NCBI GenBank assembly: GCA_030141605.1 | Contig: JAQGDQ010002389.1 | Location: 148,951-212,950 of the forward strand | Direction of reading: 5' to 3' | Source of the DNA: Tubiluchus corallicola | Lineage: Eukaryota > Animalia > Priapulida | DNA: 64,000 nt | Shown here: piece after piece, positions 43,116 through 54,057 of the stretch | Layout: every line of letters starts with the position of its first letter | Numbering within the stretch: position 1 is the first letter of the stretch | The notes under the pieces: model-generated | Seen by the model: only the letters and a program-made list of their open reading frames with translations | Database searches by the model: none | What the model was told of the DNA's origin: nothing | Position numbers and translations under genes: made by a program

Positions 43116-43835
43116 ATGAACAATAATCAAGAGCATTCTCTTCATACAACTGCCTCTATGTCACAGGCTATGCGGATCGATGTTGGCCTAAGACAATATA
43201 TGCTAAAAGTTTACAATTATATGTCCGGAGCACTAGCTGTCAGCGGTCTTACCGCTTACTTTATCGCAAGTTCACCAGGATTATTTATAGCTCTTAACAC
43301 CGGAGGATTAGGATTCATCGTTATGTTAGCTCCTCTGGGATTCATTATGGTGCTTTCTTTTGGCATCAACAAGTTAAGCATAAATGTCGCTCAAGCGTTA
43401 TTTTGGGCCTTTGCCGTGGTCATGGGAATTTCTTTATCCAATATCTTTATGATCTATACACAAGCCAGTATTACAAAAGTCTTTTTCATAACCTCTGCGA
43501 CTTTCGCCACCATGAGTATATACGGCTATACAACAAAAACAAATCTCATGCAGTTCAGTACTTTCTTCCTCATGGGGCTTATCGGGATTATTATCGCTTC
43601 TGTCGTTAACCTCTTTATGCAAAGTGACGCCTTAAGTTATGGAATTTCTGTTGTCGGTGTATTGGTTTTTGTTGGCCTAACCGCTTGGGATACACAAAAA
43701 ATTAAATTGTCATACAGAGCCACAGATACAGAAGAAGCCACTGGAAAAAAAGCAATTTACGGCGCTTTGTCACTCTATCTTGATTTTATCAACCTGTTGC
43801 TTTTCCTTTTAAGGCTTATAGGAGATCGGCGATAG
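43116..43835 (+). CDS. Bax inhibitor-1/YccA family membrane protein
   Basis: IDVGLRQYMLKVYNYM, YGYTTK, TAWDTQKIK, LYLDFINL; ATG 43116 preferred over GTG 43035. Confidence 0.93.
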   Translation: MNNNQEHSLHTTASMSQAMRIDVGLRQYMLKVYNYMSGALAVSGLTAYFIASSPGLFIALNTGGLGFIVMLAPLGFIMVLSFGINKLSINVAQALFWAFAVVMGISLSNIFMIYTQASITKVFFITSATFATMSIYGYTTKTNLMQFSTFFLMGLIGIIIASVVNLFMQSDALSYGISVVGVLVFVGLTAWDTQKIKLSYRATDTEEATGKKAIYGALSLYLDFINLLLFLLRLIGDRR

Positions 43836-43859
43836 CTATCTCTGCAAGCTCAAGATTTA

Positions 43860-43893
43860 AAAACCAGTTTACGTTTTGTAAGCTGGTTTTTTT
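43860..43893 (+). terminator. Intrinsic terminator
   Basis: AAACCAGTTTAC-GTTTT-GTAAGCTGGTTT followed by a T run; between convergent genes. Confidence 0.75.
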
Positions 43894-43927
43894 AATCTCT
43901 TGGCAAAATATCAGAAAAATTGTCCTT

Positions 43928-46087
43928 TTAAGAAACAATATAAAATAACAAACTACCAGAAATAGAAGACGCTTCCTGTAAAACAACAGAAACCCTTAAA
44001 CCAATCCCAAAAGTACGATGAGAGCGCCTTCCTCTTAATGTCTGCGCCTTTTGATTATAATAATAATAATCCTCCGGTAAAAAGCGCATAGGAACCAAAC
44101 CATGAAGACCATTTTCCTCTAAAACAACAAAAAAACCAAATCGCCCTACAGACGAAATTCGTGCGGAAAACTTATTTCCAATTTGTGTTTCCATCCAACT
44201 CGCTGAAAAACGATCTAGTGCGCTCCGCTCTGCCTGAACAGCCCGCCTTTCCATATTAGAAATATGAAGAGCGGCGTCAGAAAAATCACAACCCATCTCT
44301 TCAATGCCTCCCTTTCCTAAATTCATAGAAGTAATTAATGCACGATGAACTAATAAATCCGCATAACGACGAATAGGCGACGTAAAATGGCAATAGCATT
44401 GCAGCGATAAGCCAAAATGACCCTGATTATTATTATCGTAAAAAGCCTGAGATTGAGCTCTCAAAATTGCTTCATTAATTTGAGTATACATTTTATGAGA
44501 CTTAAATTTCTCTAAAACACTATTAAAATCCCTTGCACGAAAATTCCCTAAATGCGATAGACGGATACCTAGAGAACGTAAAAAATCTCTAAGTATCTCA
44601 ACCTTTTCTAAAGACGGTGACGGATGAACACGATAGACACATAAACCAGCTTTATGCATTCCATACGCTTCCAAGGTCTCCGCAGCAGCAACATTTGCCG
44701 CAATCATCATATCCTCTATCATCCGATGGCTTGCAAAACGATCCTGCTTCTTTACAGATTCTATTCTCCCTTCTTCATCCCACATAATGCTATTTTCTTC
44801 CAAATCAAGCTCTAATGCCGAGCGAGACAAACGATCCTTCAATAAAGATTGCCAAACTCCATATAACGGCTTGATAACAGATTCCAAAAGAGGAGCCACC
44901 ATATCATCACAAAAGCCATCAAGGGCGTTTTGAACCTGATTATAGGTTAAACGCGCGCTTGAACATATAACAGCCCGACAAAAATGATGCGATAAAATCT
45001 TTCCATGTTCATCAATATGTAAACGCACAACCAGCACAGGTCTGTCCTCATGAGGGCGTAAAGAACATAAGTTATTTGATAAAATCTCCGGCAGCATAGG
45101 AACGACAGAATCCGGAAAATAAACAGAAGTTCCTCTTTCAAACGCACAGAGATCTAAAAGGCTAGACGGGCGAACATACCAAGCAACATCCGCAATCGCA
45201 ACATGCAAATACCAGCAGCCCTTTTGCTCTGTATCAGCATAAGCATATACGGCGTCATCAAAATCCTTCGCATCATCACCATCAATCGTCACAAAAGGCA
45301 ATGCCCGTAAATCTTTTCGATTTTCACCAGAAAGCGCTAAAGGAAGATCATGAGCAATATAATCAAGAATCTCTTCTGAAAAAATATATGGAAGACCATA
45401 TTCCGCTATTGTCAATGGTGTGATCGATTCCAAACCGCCAAACCGCCCAACATATGACTCAATATGCGCATACCTCCTCACTCTGCGCCTCATTCCAGAA
45501 ATAGAGCGTGCCCAAACTAAACTTCCCTCTTTGAAATTTTGCCCCTTTTCCAAAACAACATCATATTTTCTTTTATCCTTTTTACTAACAGGGACAACAA
45601 CTCCTCGTCCCTCTATAGCTTTATAAACAGCTAAAAAACGCTCCCCACCATTAACAAGGAAACGAATAACAGTCGCTATATAATATTTTTCTGTTTTTTT
45701 CTGCACACGCGCTAAAACCAACATACCAGAACGCAGCGAGCGATAGCTTTTCCGTAACTTTAAAATAATCGGCTTAGAAAAATTATAACGCTCTGCTAAA
45801 GACGGTTCTAAAAAAGCCTGCCACTCTCCCCGAGAATTTCTCTCGCCAACAATAAGCTTGCAAACAGAAGGAAAATCCTCTTTCGGTTTTTCCTGATCCA
45901 CTCTGTAATAACGCCCTCCTTCTTTTAATATGAGCCCATCGGCAATCATCTCACGCAATAGCTTTTTTAAAGTAATACGCTCCGCCCCCTTGAAACCAAA
46001 CGCATGCGCTATCTCACGCTTGGTAGGCTCATGAATAGTATTTTCCATAAAGTCAAGAATATCATTCTTTGTCAGTTTTAAAGCCAT
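43928..46087 (-). CDS. rnr: Ribonuclease R
   Basis: TIDGDDAKDFDDA, HFTSPIRRYADL, C-terminal S1; start uncertain (46087 vs 46150). Confidence 0.94.
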   Translation of the reverse strand: MALKLTKNDILDFMENTIHEPTKREIAHAFGFKGAERITLKKLLREMIADGLILKEGGRYYRVDQEKPKEDFPSVCKLIVGERNSRGEWQAFLEPSLAERYNFSKPIILKLRKSYRSLRSGMLVLARVQKKTEKYYIATVIRFLVNGGERFLAVYKAIEGRGVVVPVSKKDKRKYDVVLEKGQNFKEGSLVWARSISGMRRRVRRYAHIESYVGRFGGLESITPLTIAEYGLPYIFSEEILDYIAHDLPLALSGENRKDLRALPFVTIDGDDAKDFDDAVYAYADTEQKGCWYLHVAIADVAWYVRPSSLLDLCAFERGTSVYFPDSVVPMLPEILSNNLCSLRPHEDRPVLVVRLHIDEHGKILSHHFCRAVICSSARLTYNQVQNALDGFCDDMVAPLLESVIKPLYGVWQSLLKDRLSRSALELDLEENSIMWDEEGRIESVKKQDRFASHRMIEDMMIAANVAAAETLEAYGMHKAGLCVYRVHPSPSLEKVEILRDFLRSLGIRLSHLGNFRARDFNSVLEKFKSHKMYTQINEAILRAQSQAFYDNNNQGHFGLSLQCYCHFTSPIRRYADLLVHRALITSMNLGKGGIEEMGCDFSDAALHISNMERRAVQAERSALDRFSASWMETQIGNKFSARISSVGRFGFFVVLEENGLHGLVPMRFLPEDYYYYNQKAQTLRGRRSHRTFGIGLRVSVVLQEASSISGSLLFYIVS

Positions 46088-46185
46088 AAATACCTTTCGC
46101 TGTTCTTTATCTCTGCCTATAAAAAAAACAGCAGAGCCACCTATAAGCAATATAAGCTTTTCCAGTATTTTTTATAATGGTAGGG

Positions 46186-47187
46186 TTATTTTTTCTCTAA
46201 AATACGGGCAACGTCAATAGCACAGTATGTTAAAACTGCACACGCACCTGCTCGACGTAACGATAAAAGAGTCTCCAGTGCAACCTGCTCATAATGAATA
46301 TAACCAGCAGCAGCAGCAACCCTCAACATAGCATACTCACCACTAACATGATACGCCATCACAGGGATAGAAAAATGATCCGAAATACGGTGTATAATAT
46401 CCATATAAGACAATGCCGGCTTAACAATAACGCCATCAGTCCCTTCTGAAATATCTAGAGCAACCTCTCGAAGCGCTTCAGCACTGTTTGCCGGATCCAT
46501 CTGATATGTTAACTTGTCACCTTGCAAACAAGCCCCCGAGCCAACAGCCTCCCGAAATGGACCATAAAATCCAGACGCATACTTCGCTGCGTAAGATAAA
46601 ATTCCCACATGTGAAAATCCCTTACTTTCCAGTACCTCCCGTATGCAACCAACACGACCATCCATCATATCGGACGGAGCAACAATATGGCAACCACTCT
46701 CCGCTAAAGACAAGGCCTGTTGACATAAAATATCTATACTTTCATCATTAATAACATTCCCATCGCAGACAATCCCATCGTGGCCATCTGAATTATAAGG
46801 ATCAAGAGCAACATCACAAATAACCCCTATATCATTAAAACGAGACGTAATCTCCGCTACAGCACGGCAAACCAAATTATCCCGATTATAAGACTCTCGC
46901 GCATCAGGGGTTTTTAAAGAAGATTTAATATAAGGAAATAACGCAACCGCTTTAATTCCAAGCTCTCGCGCAAAAGAAATCTCCTTGATCATCTCATCTA
47001 AACTTAAACGATAAACCGAAGGCATAGAAGGAATAGGCTGGCGCTCACCAGTCCCTTCCACAATAAATAATGGCCAGATCAAATCTGAAGACGATAAACG
47101 ATATTCCGCCACTAGCTCCCGTAACCAGCCATGCGCTCGATTACGACGCATACGCGTATAAGGAAAATGGCCACTTAGACTCTTCAT
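46186..47187 (-). CDS. hemB: Porphobilinogen synthase (Asp-rich, non-Zn type)
   Basis: DVALDPY...GHDG, APSDMMDGR, SYAAKY, VKPA, VSGEY. Confidence 0.97.
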   Translation of the reverse strand: MKSLSGHFPYTRMRRNRAHGWLRELVAEYRLSSSDLIWPLFIVEGTGERQPIPSMPSVYRLSLDEMIKEISFARELGIKAVALFPYIKSSLKTPDARESYNRDNLVCRAVAEITSRFNDIGVICDVALDPYNSDGHDGIVCDGNVINDESIDILCQQALSLAESGCHIVAPSDMMDGRVGCIREVLESKGFSHVGILSYAAKYASGFYGPFREAVGSGACLQGDKLTYQMDPANSAEALREVALDISEGTDGVIVKPALSYMDIIHRISDHFSIPVMAYHVSGEYAMLRVAAAAGYIHYEQVALETLLSLRRAGACAVLTYCAIDVARILEKK

Positions 47188-47471
47188 TGCCTATTATCTT
47201 CTATTATATAGTAAAAATAACATTACGATTTCTCTTCCTTTTTCTGCTCCTCTATAAAAAGAGTGTCCTTGACAAAAAATCTTTTAATGATAATTAAAAC
47301 ACGTAAAACATTAACAATTAACTTTTGTAAAAAATTTTTCATCTCACTATAGCTTTCTAACTCAATATCGTTAATTCTCAAAGTTTAATAACACCAACGC
47401 GCTCTCAATAATCATTCCTTATATGAATCAGAAACTTAAATATCCTCTCTAAACACACGTTAGTTTCTCTT

Positions 47472-48773
47472 CTATAAAAAAGGATTCTCTATCATAATGC
47501 TCTCTTCTCGATCCGCACCTGTTGATAAAGAAACAACAGGAGCTCCAACAAGTTCCTTTATCCTTCGAATATAAGAAACAGCTTCCGGCGGCAAAGAATC
47601 AAAATCTGTAAGGCCAGACGTTTTAAAAGGCTTCCAGCCTTTGAAAATTTCATAAACAGGTTCCAAATTCTCATACTGATCATACGAAGAAGGAAAATAA
47701 TCAAACATCTTTCCATTTAGCTTGTCTTTGTAAGCAATACAAATCTTGAACTCATCCAGATGGTCTAAAACATCTAATTTTGTTACGCTTAAAGCTGAAA
47801 TACCATTAATCGAAACAGCTTGGCGAACTAAAGGAACGTCAAACCAGCCACATCGCCTTTTTCGCCCCGTTACCGTGCCAAACTCGTTCCCCATTTCAGC
47901 AATCAAATCTCCACTCTTACCATGAAGCTCTGTCGGGAAGGGACCGTTGCCAACGCGCGTTGTATAAGCCTTCACAACCCCTAAAACACTATCTATATCC
48001 AAAGGTCCAATACCACATCCAATCGTTGCCTGCCCTGCAACTGTATTGGATGACGTAACAAAAGGAAAAGTACCATGATCAATATCCAACATTGTTCCTT
48101 GAGCGCCTTCAAATAAAATTTTCTTTTCATCACGAATATAATTACGAATCAATCGCCAGCAGCCATCAATAGCAAACGGCAAAATACGCGGCGCAATATC
48201 ACAAAGAGAACGCCATAAAATCATCGGATCTTCTTGCTCCTGACCATAGCCTTTCAATAAAATATTATGGTGAACCAGTAAATTTTCAACACGCTCTAAA
48301 AGCAGGTCAGGATACCTTAAATCAGCAAGCCGAATAGAGCGACGCGCAACCTTATCTTCATACGCCGGTCCAATTCCTCTACCTGTGGTCCCAATTTTCT
48401 GCTGTTTGGAAGACTCTTCTCGAATTTTATCCAAACGAGCATGTACAGGAAGAAGTAAAGAGATATTATCCGCTATTTTTAAAGTCTCTGCTGTTACGGA
48501 AATCCCCATCTTTTCCACTCTTTCCACTTCCTCAAAAAAAGACCAGGGATCAAAAACAACTCCATTTCCAATAATAGAAATCTTCTCGGGACGAACAATA
48601 CCAGAAGGAAGTAAATTCAACTTATATGTCTTTCCATCAACAACAAGCGTATGACCTGCATTATGCCCTCCTTGAAAGCGCATAATCACATCCGCATGAA
48701 TCGATAGCCAATCTACAATCTTACCTTTTCCCTCATCTCCCCACTGAGCGCCAATCACCACAAGCTTTACCAT
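47472..48773 (-). CDS. purA: Adenylosuccinate synthetase
   Basis: QWGDEGKGK, GGHNAGHT, EGAQG, EFGTVTGRKRRCGW. Confidence 0.98.
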   Translation of the reverse strand: MVKLVVIGAQWGDEGKGKIVDWLSIHADVIMRFQGGHNAGHTLVVDGKTYKLNLLPSGIVRPEKISIIGNGVVFDPWSFFEEVERVEKMGISVTAETLKIADNISLLLPVHARLDKIREESSKQQKIGTTGRGIGPAYEDKVARRSIRLADLRYPDLLLERVENLLVHHNILLKGYGQEQEDPMILWRSLCDIAPRILPFAIDGCWRLIRNYIRDEKKILFEGAQGTMLDIDHGTFPFVTSSNTVAGQATIGCGIGPLDIDSVLGVVKAYTTRVGNGPFPTELHGKSGDLIAEMGNEFGTVTGRKRRCGWFDVPLVRQAVSINGISALSVTKLDVLDHLDEFKICIAYKDKLNGKMFDYFPSSYDQYENLEPVYEIFKGWKPFKTSGLTDFDSLPPEAVSYIRRIKELVGAPVVSLSTGADREESIMIENPFL

Positions 48774-48911
48774 GGTCTTCCCTACCCTTTATATTCCAGC
48801 AACAATATATTATGATTTCTACTTTAAAATTTCTCTTTTATTTCATAAAATCTATAATAATGTACATTAACCATATCTATAACATTTATAGACTAATAAA
48901 ATAAAAATGAC

Positions 48912-49340
48912 ATGACAAGAAAAAAACATACAAATCCTCCCTTCTCGCCGCAGATCATTATTGCTGAGCCTGATCCTTTTAATCGCCAATATATCAATGA
49001 TCTCTTACATGCTCATAACTTTTATACCCTCTGTGCAGAAAACGGCGCCTCTACACTAAGCCTAGTTGAAAAAATCCCACCCAAAGTACCCTGCATCATT
49101 CTTATGGAACCTGCTCTTCCCGATACTCCCGGCGAAAAAATTATTCCTCAAATCTTGCATAAAAAAAACCACGTTTTTATTGTCGCGATAACAGCAAAAG
49201 CAATGCCTGAAGATAAAAGCTATTTCCTCAATCATGGATTTAACTATTATATTGCTAAACCCTTTCTCCCTAAAGAGCTTCTTGATCTCTTACAAACAAC
49301 TATTTTATCTCTCTTACCTCCTGATCTTTTTTGTCGTTAA
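48912..49340 (+). CDS. Single-domain response regulator, DivK/CheY-like, atypical (Asp to Glu)
   Basis: IILMEPALP, VAITAKAM, YIAKP resemble DivK LILMDIQLP, VAVTAFAM, YISKP. Confidence 0.8.
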   Translation: MTRKKHTNPPFSPQIIIAEPDPFNRQYINDLLHAHNFYTLCAENGASTLSLVEKIPPKVPCIILMEPALPDTPGEKIIPQILHKKNHVFIVAITAKAMPEDKSYFLNHGFNYYIAKPFLPKELLDLLQTTILSLLPPDLFCR

Positions 49341-50593
49341 GGACGACAGTGGCCAGAACCACGTACTTTATACTTAAAACTTGTCAATTGCTCAACACCA
49401 ACAGGCCCTCGAGCATGCAGCTTACCAGTAGAAATACCAATTTCAGCTCCCATGCCAAATTCACCACCATCTGCATATTGAGTCGAAGCGTTGACCAAAA
49501 CAATCGCACTGTCAACCGCATTTAAAAATATTTCAGCCGACTCAGAATTCTCTGTAATAATCGCATCCGTATGTTGAGAGTGATGGGTATTAATATGCTG
49601 TATCGCTTCTTGTAAAGAGTCTACAAATCTAATAGAAACAATCGCATCTAAATATTCCATATCCCAGTCTTCATCTGTCGCCAAAACAGTAGAATTATCA
49701 ATCTTACAAACGTCTTTATCTCCTCTAATCTCACACCCAGCTTTCTTTAAATCATTCGCCAACAATGGAAAAAACTCTTCTGCAATAGCGCGGTGAATAA
49801 GAATAGTCTCTGTCGCGCCACAAATACCGACACGACGCATCTTTGCGTTCAGTGCAACACGGCGCGCCATACCAAAATCAGCCGCCTGATCAATATATGT
49901 ATGACAAATACCCTCTAAATGCTTAAATAACGGTATTTTGCTCTTTTCCATGATAAACTGGATCAACCGTTTACCACCACGAGGAATAATCACATCAATA
50001 TCATCTACTAACTGTAACATCTCCCCAACAGCAGCACGATCAATAACAGGCATAAAATAAACACTGCCTTCAGGAAGATTCGCTTTCCTAGCTCCTTCAT
50101 AAAATCCTTGCACAATCGCAGCAGAAGAACGAAAACTTTCCGAGCCTCCTCGCAAAATAACCGCATTACCAGCTTTTAAACATAAAGCCGCTGCATCCGC
50201 CGTAACATTAGGGCGCGATTCATAAATCACACCAACAACTCCTAAAGGGACACTCACGCGCGTAATGTTCAAACCACTCGAACAGTGCCAAGATGCAAGC
50301 TCCCTCCCTACAGGATCCGGCAAAGCGGAAATAGCCTCAATCCCTTGCGCCATCTGCTCAATTCTTTCTTCATTCAGCAGTAAACGATCTAATAAAGAAA
50401 GTGGCAAGCCTTTTTCTTTTCCAGATTCCATATCATGCGCATTCTCTGCTAAAATATATTCTCTATGGCTACGTAAATAAGAAGCCGCCTCCCATAAAGC
50501 ACTATTTCTTTGCTCCTCCAACATATTCGCTAAGCCATATGACGCAGCACGCGCCCTTTTTCCCGCTTTTTGAACTAACGCATGAATATCCAT
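49337..50593 (-). CDS. proA: Gamma-glutamyl phosphate reductase
   Basis: IYESRPNVT, IIPRGG, GICH, CGATET, NASTQYADGGEFG, HARGP. Confidence 0.97.
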   Translation of the reverse strand: MDIHALVQKAGKRARAASYGLANMLEEQRNSALWEAASYLRSHREYILAENAHDMESGKEKGLPLSLLDRLLLNEERIEQMAQGIEAISALPDPVGRELASWHCSSGLNITRVSVPLGVVGVIYESRPNVTADAAALCLKAGNAVILRGGSESFRSSAAIVQGFYEGARKANLPEGSVYFMPVIDRAAVGEMLQLVDDIDVIIPRGGKRLIQFIMEKSKIPLFKHLEGICHTYIDQAADFGMARRVALNAKMRRVGICGATETILIHRAIAEEFFPLLANDLKKAGCEIRGDKDVCKIDNSTVLATDEDWDMEYLDAIVSIRFVDSLQEAIQHINTHHSQHTDAIITENSESAEIFLNAVDSAIVLVNASTQYADGGEFGMGAEIGISTGKLHARGPVGVEQLTSFKYKVRGSGHCRP

Positions 50594-50848
50594 TTTAAAT
50601 TTCCCTTACACTAAAAAATCTCATAAACCAGTAAAAAATACCATACTATAATCCCAAAATTGATGACAAAATATATCATACCTTCAAGTAGCCAAAAAGA
50701 AAACATAGCGGAATATTTATAATAGTTGAAAACTCTACCCTTTTCTTTAGATTTTATAAAATGGCTCTTTCTTTTTCTTTCTTTTTCTTTTATAATTTTA
50801 AAACTATAAAAATAAATATATTATAAAGATAAAATAGGAGAGGCTAAA

Positions 50849-52888
50849 GTGAAAAAACTATTTTATGCCATGCTTATCGTTCTATCCATACTCGCTAACA
50901 CGTTATCAGCCAACGCGAAAGAAGCAACCTCATTACCAGACCCCCCTCAAATTCCTAACCAACTGAAGTTTGAGCTTATTGGCCGAGATGATATTTACAC
51001 CTATAAAGCTCTGCCAAGCTATAATGAACCTCAATGGGTAAAACAACAATTCGTTGATACAGGAAAACTCCCCCCTCTAAAAGAGCGCTTGCCCGAAAAA
51101 CCATTGGTTTTTCTGACAAAAGATATGCCTGATGGAATAGGCGTTTACGGTGGCGTTTTACGGCATCTAACAGGTGGAAGACCAGAAGGATGGAACTGGG
51201 CCGCAGGGCGAACACAAGGATGGGGAGGTGTCAGCTATAGCATCATGGAATGCCTGACACGAACAGGTCCACTCTATAAAATAAAAATCGAAGATCTTGA
51301 GCCTTTGCCAAATCTCGCAACACACTGGGAATGGTCAAAAAACAACACCATCTTAACCATGAATCTTATTGAAGGCGCTAAATGGTCAGATGGGCATCCT
51401 TTTACCGCAGACGATATTCTTTTCCTATGGGAAGACAATATTAAAGATCCTAATGTCCCTGCTTTTGCAGGAAGCGAAGAGTTCGGAAAAGGAACCAAAT
51501 TGGAAAAAATATCTCCCTACACAATTCGCTGGACATTTCCTTCAAGCGGCCAGCAATATCTCTATACCATGGCTTTTTTGAAATTCTGCCCCGCACCTGC
51601 TCACATTTTAAAACCTGAACATCCCCGCTATAACAAAGAAACAACCTATGAAAAGTATATCAATGCTTTTCCTCCAGGAAAAACACCCTGGGTCACCCTA
51701 TCACCCTGGGTGCCTGTAGAATATAAACCCGACAAAATTATTGTCATGCGCCGAAACCCCTACTATTGGAAAGTTGATGAAAAGGGAAATCAGCTTCCTT
51801 ACTTCAACGAAATCCAATTCTTTCTTGCAGGATGGAGCGACAGAACAACAAGAACAATCTCAGGAGCTGTCGATTTCTCCAATATGGAAAACCCTCCAAA
51901 TTATACAGAATCTCTGAAAAACACACAAAAAGAAAATGCTTCCAGCAGACTTATCTTTGGGCCAAGGCACCTTGGATGGCATATTCAATTAAATATGGCG
52001 GAAAATTTCGGGGCATCAAGTATACGTGAAAAAGAAATACGAAAGCTCAACAGAGCATTTGATTTCCGTCGCGCCGTCTCTCAGGGAATCGACAGAAATA
52101 CTATCGGCCAAGCTCTCGCACGAGGTCCCTTTACACACGTCTATCCCGGCGGTCTTTACCCAGATACACCCTTTTACGATCAAGAATCTGTCATTTACTA
52201 TCCTTATTCTCCTGAAACCTCTAAAAAACTCCTTGATAATATGGGGCTTGTTGACACAAGTGGTGACGGATACAGAAATTGGCAAACAGGGCCTATGGCC
52301 GGCCGCAACGTGGAAATTGTCTTGACAATCGCTTCTGGAGTCTCAACAACTGACATTATTACCAACGCTATCGTGGATATGATGCGTGATATCGGCTTAA
52401 AGATTTCTATACGTCAAGGAAATATGGCAATAGTCGATCGTGAACGCGATTCTGGGCAGTTCGACTGGAGAATTCATCGGGGAGAGCGGGAATATGTCAT
52501 CCCAATGATGTGGTACGAGCAGTTAGGGCCCATAACTCCTCAAGGACCTTATTGGCATCGGGGCAATAATAATAATCCTCAAAATTTACTCCCATTTGAA
52601 AAGAAAATCAGCGATATTCTGACAGAATTCTATCAAGAAAACGATATGAGCAAAAAACAAAGACTCATGAGTCAATATAATAAACTATTTACAGAAAATA
52701 TTTACCATGTCGGTCTTGTCGTTAGCGCAGGAGCCTTACTGACAAATAAAAGAATTAAAAATATCCCTCCTGCTCCAATTGTCGCTTATCAATGGTCCGA
52801 AGACTCAACAATCCGTGAACGATGGTGGACACCCGTAAAACAGCAAAAGAAAGAAATTATGCCTTACACTCTTCCATCTGTTCAGTAA
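50849..52888 (+). CDS. Family-5 ABC substrate-binding protein, AgpA-like (alpha-galactoside)
   Basis: Signal peptide, GKLPPLKERLP, GGRPEGWNW, RNPYYWKVDEKGNQLPY; operon ends in a GH4 gene. Confidence 0.85.
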   Translation: MKKLFYAMLIVLSILANTLSANAKEATSLPDPPQIPNQLKFELIGRDDIYTYKALPSYNEPQWVKQQFVDTGKLPPLKERLPEKPLVFLTKDMPDGIGVYGGVLRHLTGGRPEGWNWAAGRTQGWGGVSYSIMECLTRTGPLYKIKIEDLEPLPNLATHWEWSKNNTILTMNLIEGAKWSDGHPFTADDILFLWEDNIKDPNVPAFAGSEEFGKGTKLEKISPYTIRWTFPSSGQQYLYTMAFLKFCPAPAHILKPEHPRYNKETTYEKYINAFPPGKTPWVTLSPWVPVEYKPDKIIVMRRNPYYWKVDEKGNQLPYFNEIQFFLAGWSDRTTRTISGAVDFSNMENPPNYTESLKNTQKENASSRLIFGPRHLGWHIQLNMAENFGASSIREKEIRKLNRAFDFRRAVSQGIDRNTIGQALARGPFTHVYPGGLYPDTPFYDQESVIYYPYSPETSKKLLDNMGLVDTSGDGYRNWQTGPMAGRNVEIVLTIASGVSTTDIITNAIVDMMRDIGLKISIRQGNMAIVDRERDSGQFDWRIHRGEREYVIPMMWYEQLGPITPQGPYWHRGNNNNPQNLLPFEKKISDILTEFYQENDMSKKQRLMSQYNKLFTENIYHVGLVVSAGALLTNKRIKNIPPAPIVAYQWSEDSTIRERWWTPVKQQKKEIMPYTLPSVQ

Positions 52889-52901
52889 AAGTATAAAGTT
52901 T

Positions 52902-52943
52902 CAAGAGCTCTATATAGCTCTTATAGAGCTCTTGTTTTCTTTT
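52902..52943 (+). terminator. Hairpin after the binding-protein gene (terminator or mRNA stabiliser)
   Basis: CAAGAGCTCTATA ... TATAGAGCTCTTG 13-bp stem followed by a T-rich tract. Confidence 0.7.
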
Positions 52944-53052
52944 GCTTGTTTTTATTTTTCTTTGTTTTTCTTATAATTGACTTTATAAAAATACATGTTA
53001 TATTGAGAGAAAATAATTTAAATAACAGGGATAGCTTTATAAAGAGGCAATA

Positions 53053-54054
53053 ATGTTTAAATATACAGTATACAGATTGCTTTCTTCTTTACCCGTTCTT
53101 ATTATTATCAGTATTGTCGCCTTTGCCATTATTCAAATTCCAGAAGGGGATTACGCTGACCTCATCAAGAGCCAGTCAATAAGCCAAGGAGGCCTCTCTG
53201 AGCAGGAGGCTCAAAGAATCGCCGACGAATATCGAAAAGCGCATGGGCTACAAGATCCCATGTGGGCCCAATATTTCCGATGGGTAAAAAATATCATTCT
53301 AGCTGGCGACTTCGGAATGTCCTTCATCTATAACAAGCCTGTTTCTGAACTCATCGCAGAACGGCTTCCACGGACACTGGGAATTGCACTCGCTTGCCAT
53401 GTTATCGCAACTCTTCTAGGAGTCAGTATCGGGATCTATGCCGCGACAAAACAATATAGTGTCAGCGATAAATTTATAACGCTTTTTTCCTTTATCGGCA
53501 TGACCGTGCCCCGTTTTGTCTTCGCTCTTATTATTGTTTATTTTTACGCCTATGTTTTCCAATCGACAAATATCGGTGGCCTTTATTCTCCAGAATATAT
53601 CTTAGAGCCTTTCTCTTTCGCAAAATTTATTGATATGCTGAATCATATATGGCCAATTATCCTTATCGCAGCATTTGGTGGTATGGCCTACAACCTTAGA
53701 GTTATGCGTGGCAACCTCTTAGATGTCCTACGAATGCAATATATAGAAACAGCGCGCGCAAAAGGGTTAAGCGAAAAAAAAGTGATCCTTCACCACGCTG
53801 TTCCTAATGCTCTCCACCCTCTTGTCATGTATCAAGGTGTCGCTTTTCCTTATATGATCCAAGGAGAAATCGAAGTCGCTATCGTTCTCGGCGTTCCAAC
53901 TTTAGGCCCCCTGCTTATTACCTCTATGGAAACCATGGATATCTATGTCACCTCATCAATCTTTCTTATGATTTCCTTTATCTTGATTATCGGGAACCTT
54001 ATCGCCGATCTTATACTGGCACGGATCGATCCAAGAATTAGAATTGGACAATAA
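53053..54054 (+). CDS. ABC permease (DppB/AgpB-like)
   Basis: GDFGMSF, YIETARAKGL, IDPRIR. Confidence 0.92.
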   Translation: MFKYTVYRLLSSLPVLIIISIVAFAIIQIPEGDYADLIKSQSISQGGLSEQEAQRIADEYRKAHGLQDPMWAQYFRWVKNIILAGDFGMSFIYNKPVSELIAERLPRTLGIALACHVIATLLGVSIGIYAATKQYSVSDKFITLFSFIGMTVPRFVFALIIVYFYAYVFQSTNIGGLYSPEYILEPFSFAKFIDMLNHIWPIILIAAFGGMAYNLRVMRGNLLDVLRMQYIETARAKGLSEKKVILHHAVPNALHPLVMYQGVAFPYMIQGEIEVAIVLGVPTLGPLLITSMETMDIYVTSSIFLMISFILIIGNLIADLILARIDPRIRIGQ

Positions 54055-54057
54055 ACA

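Noticed and set aside
47269-47330. TTGACA and TTAA-rich words between hemB and purA (possible antisense promoter or CtrA box)
   Set aside because: The -10 spacing is wrong and there is no TTAA-N7-TTAA; expected by chance in AT-rich DNA
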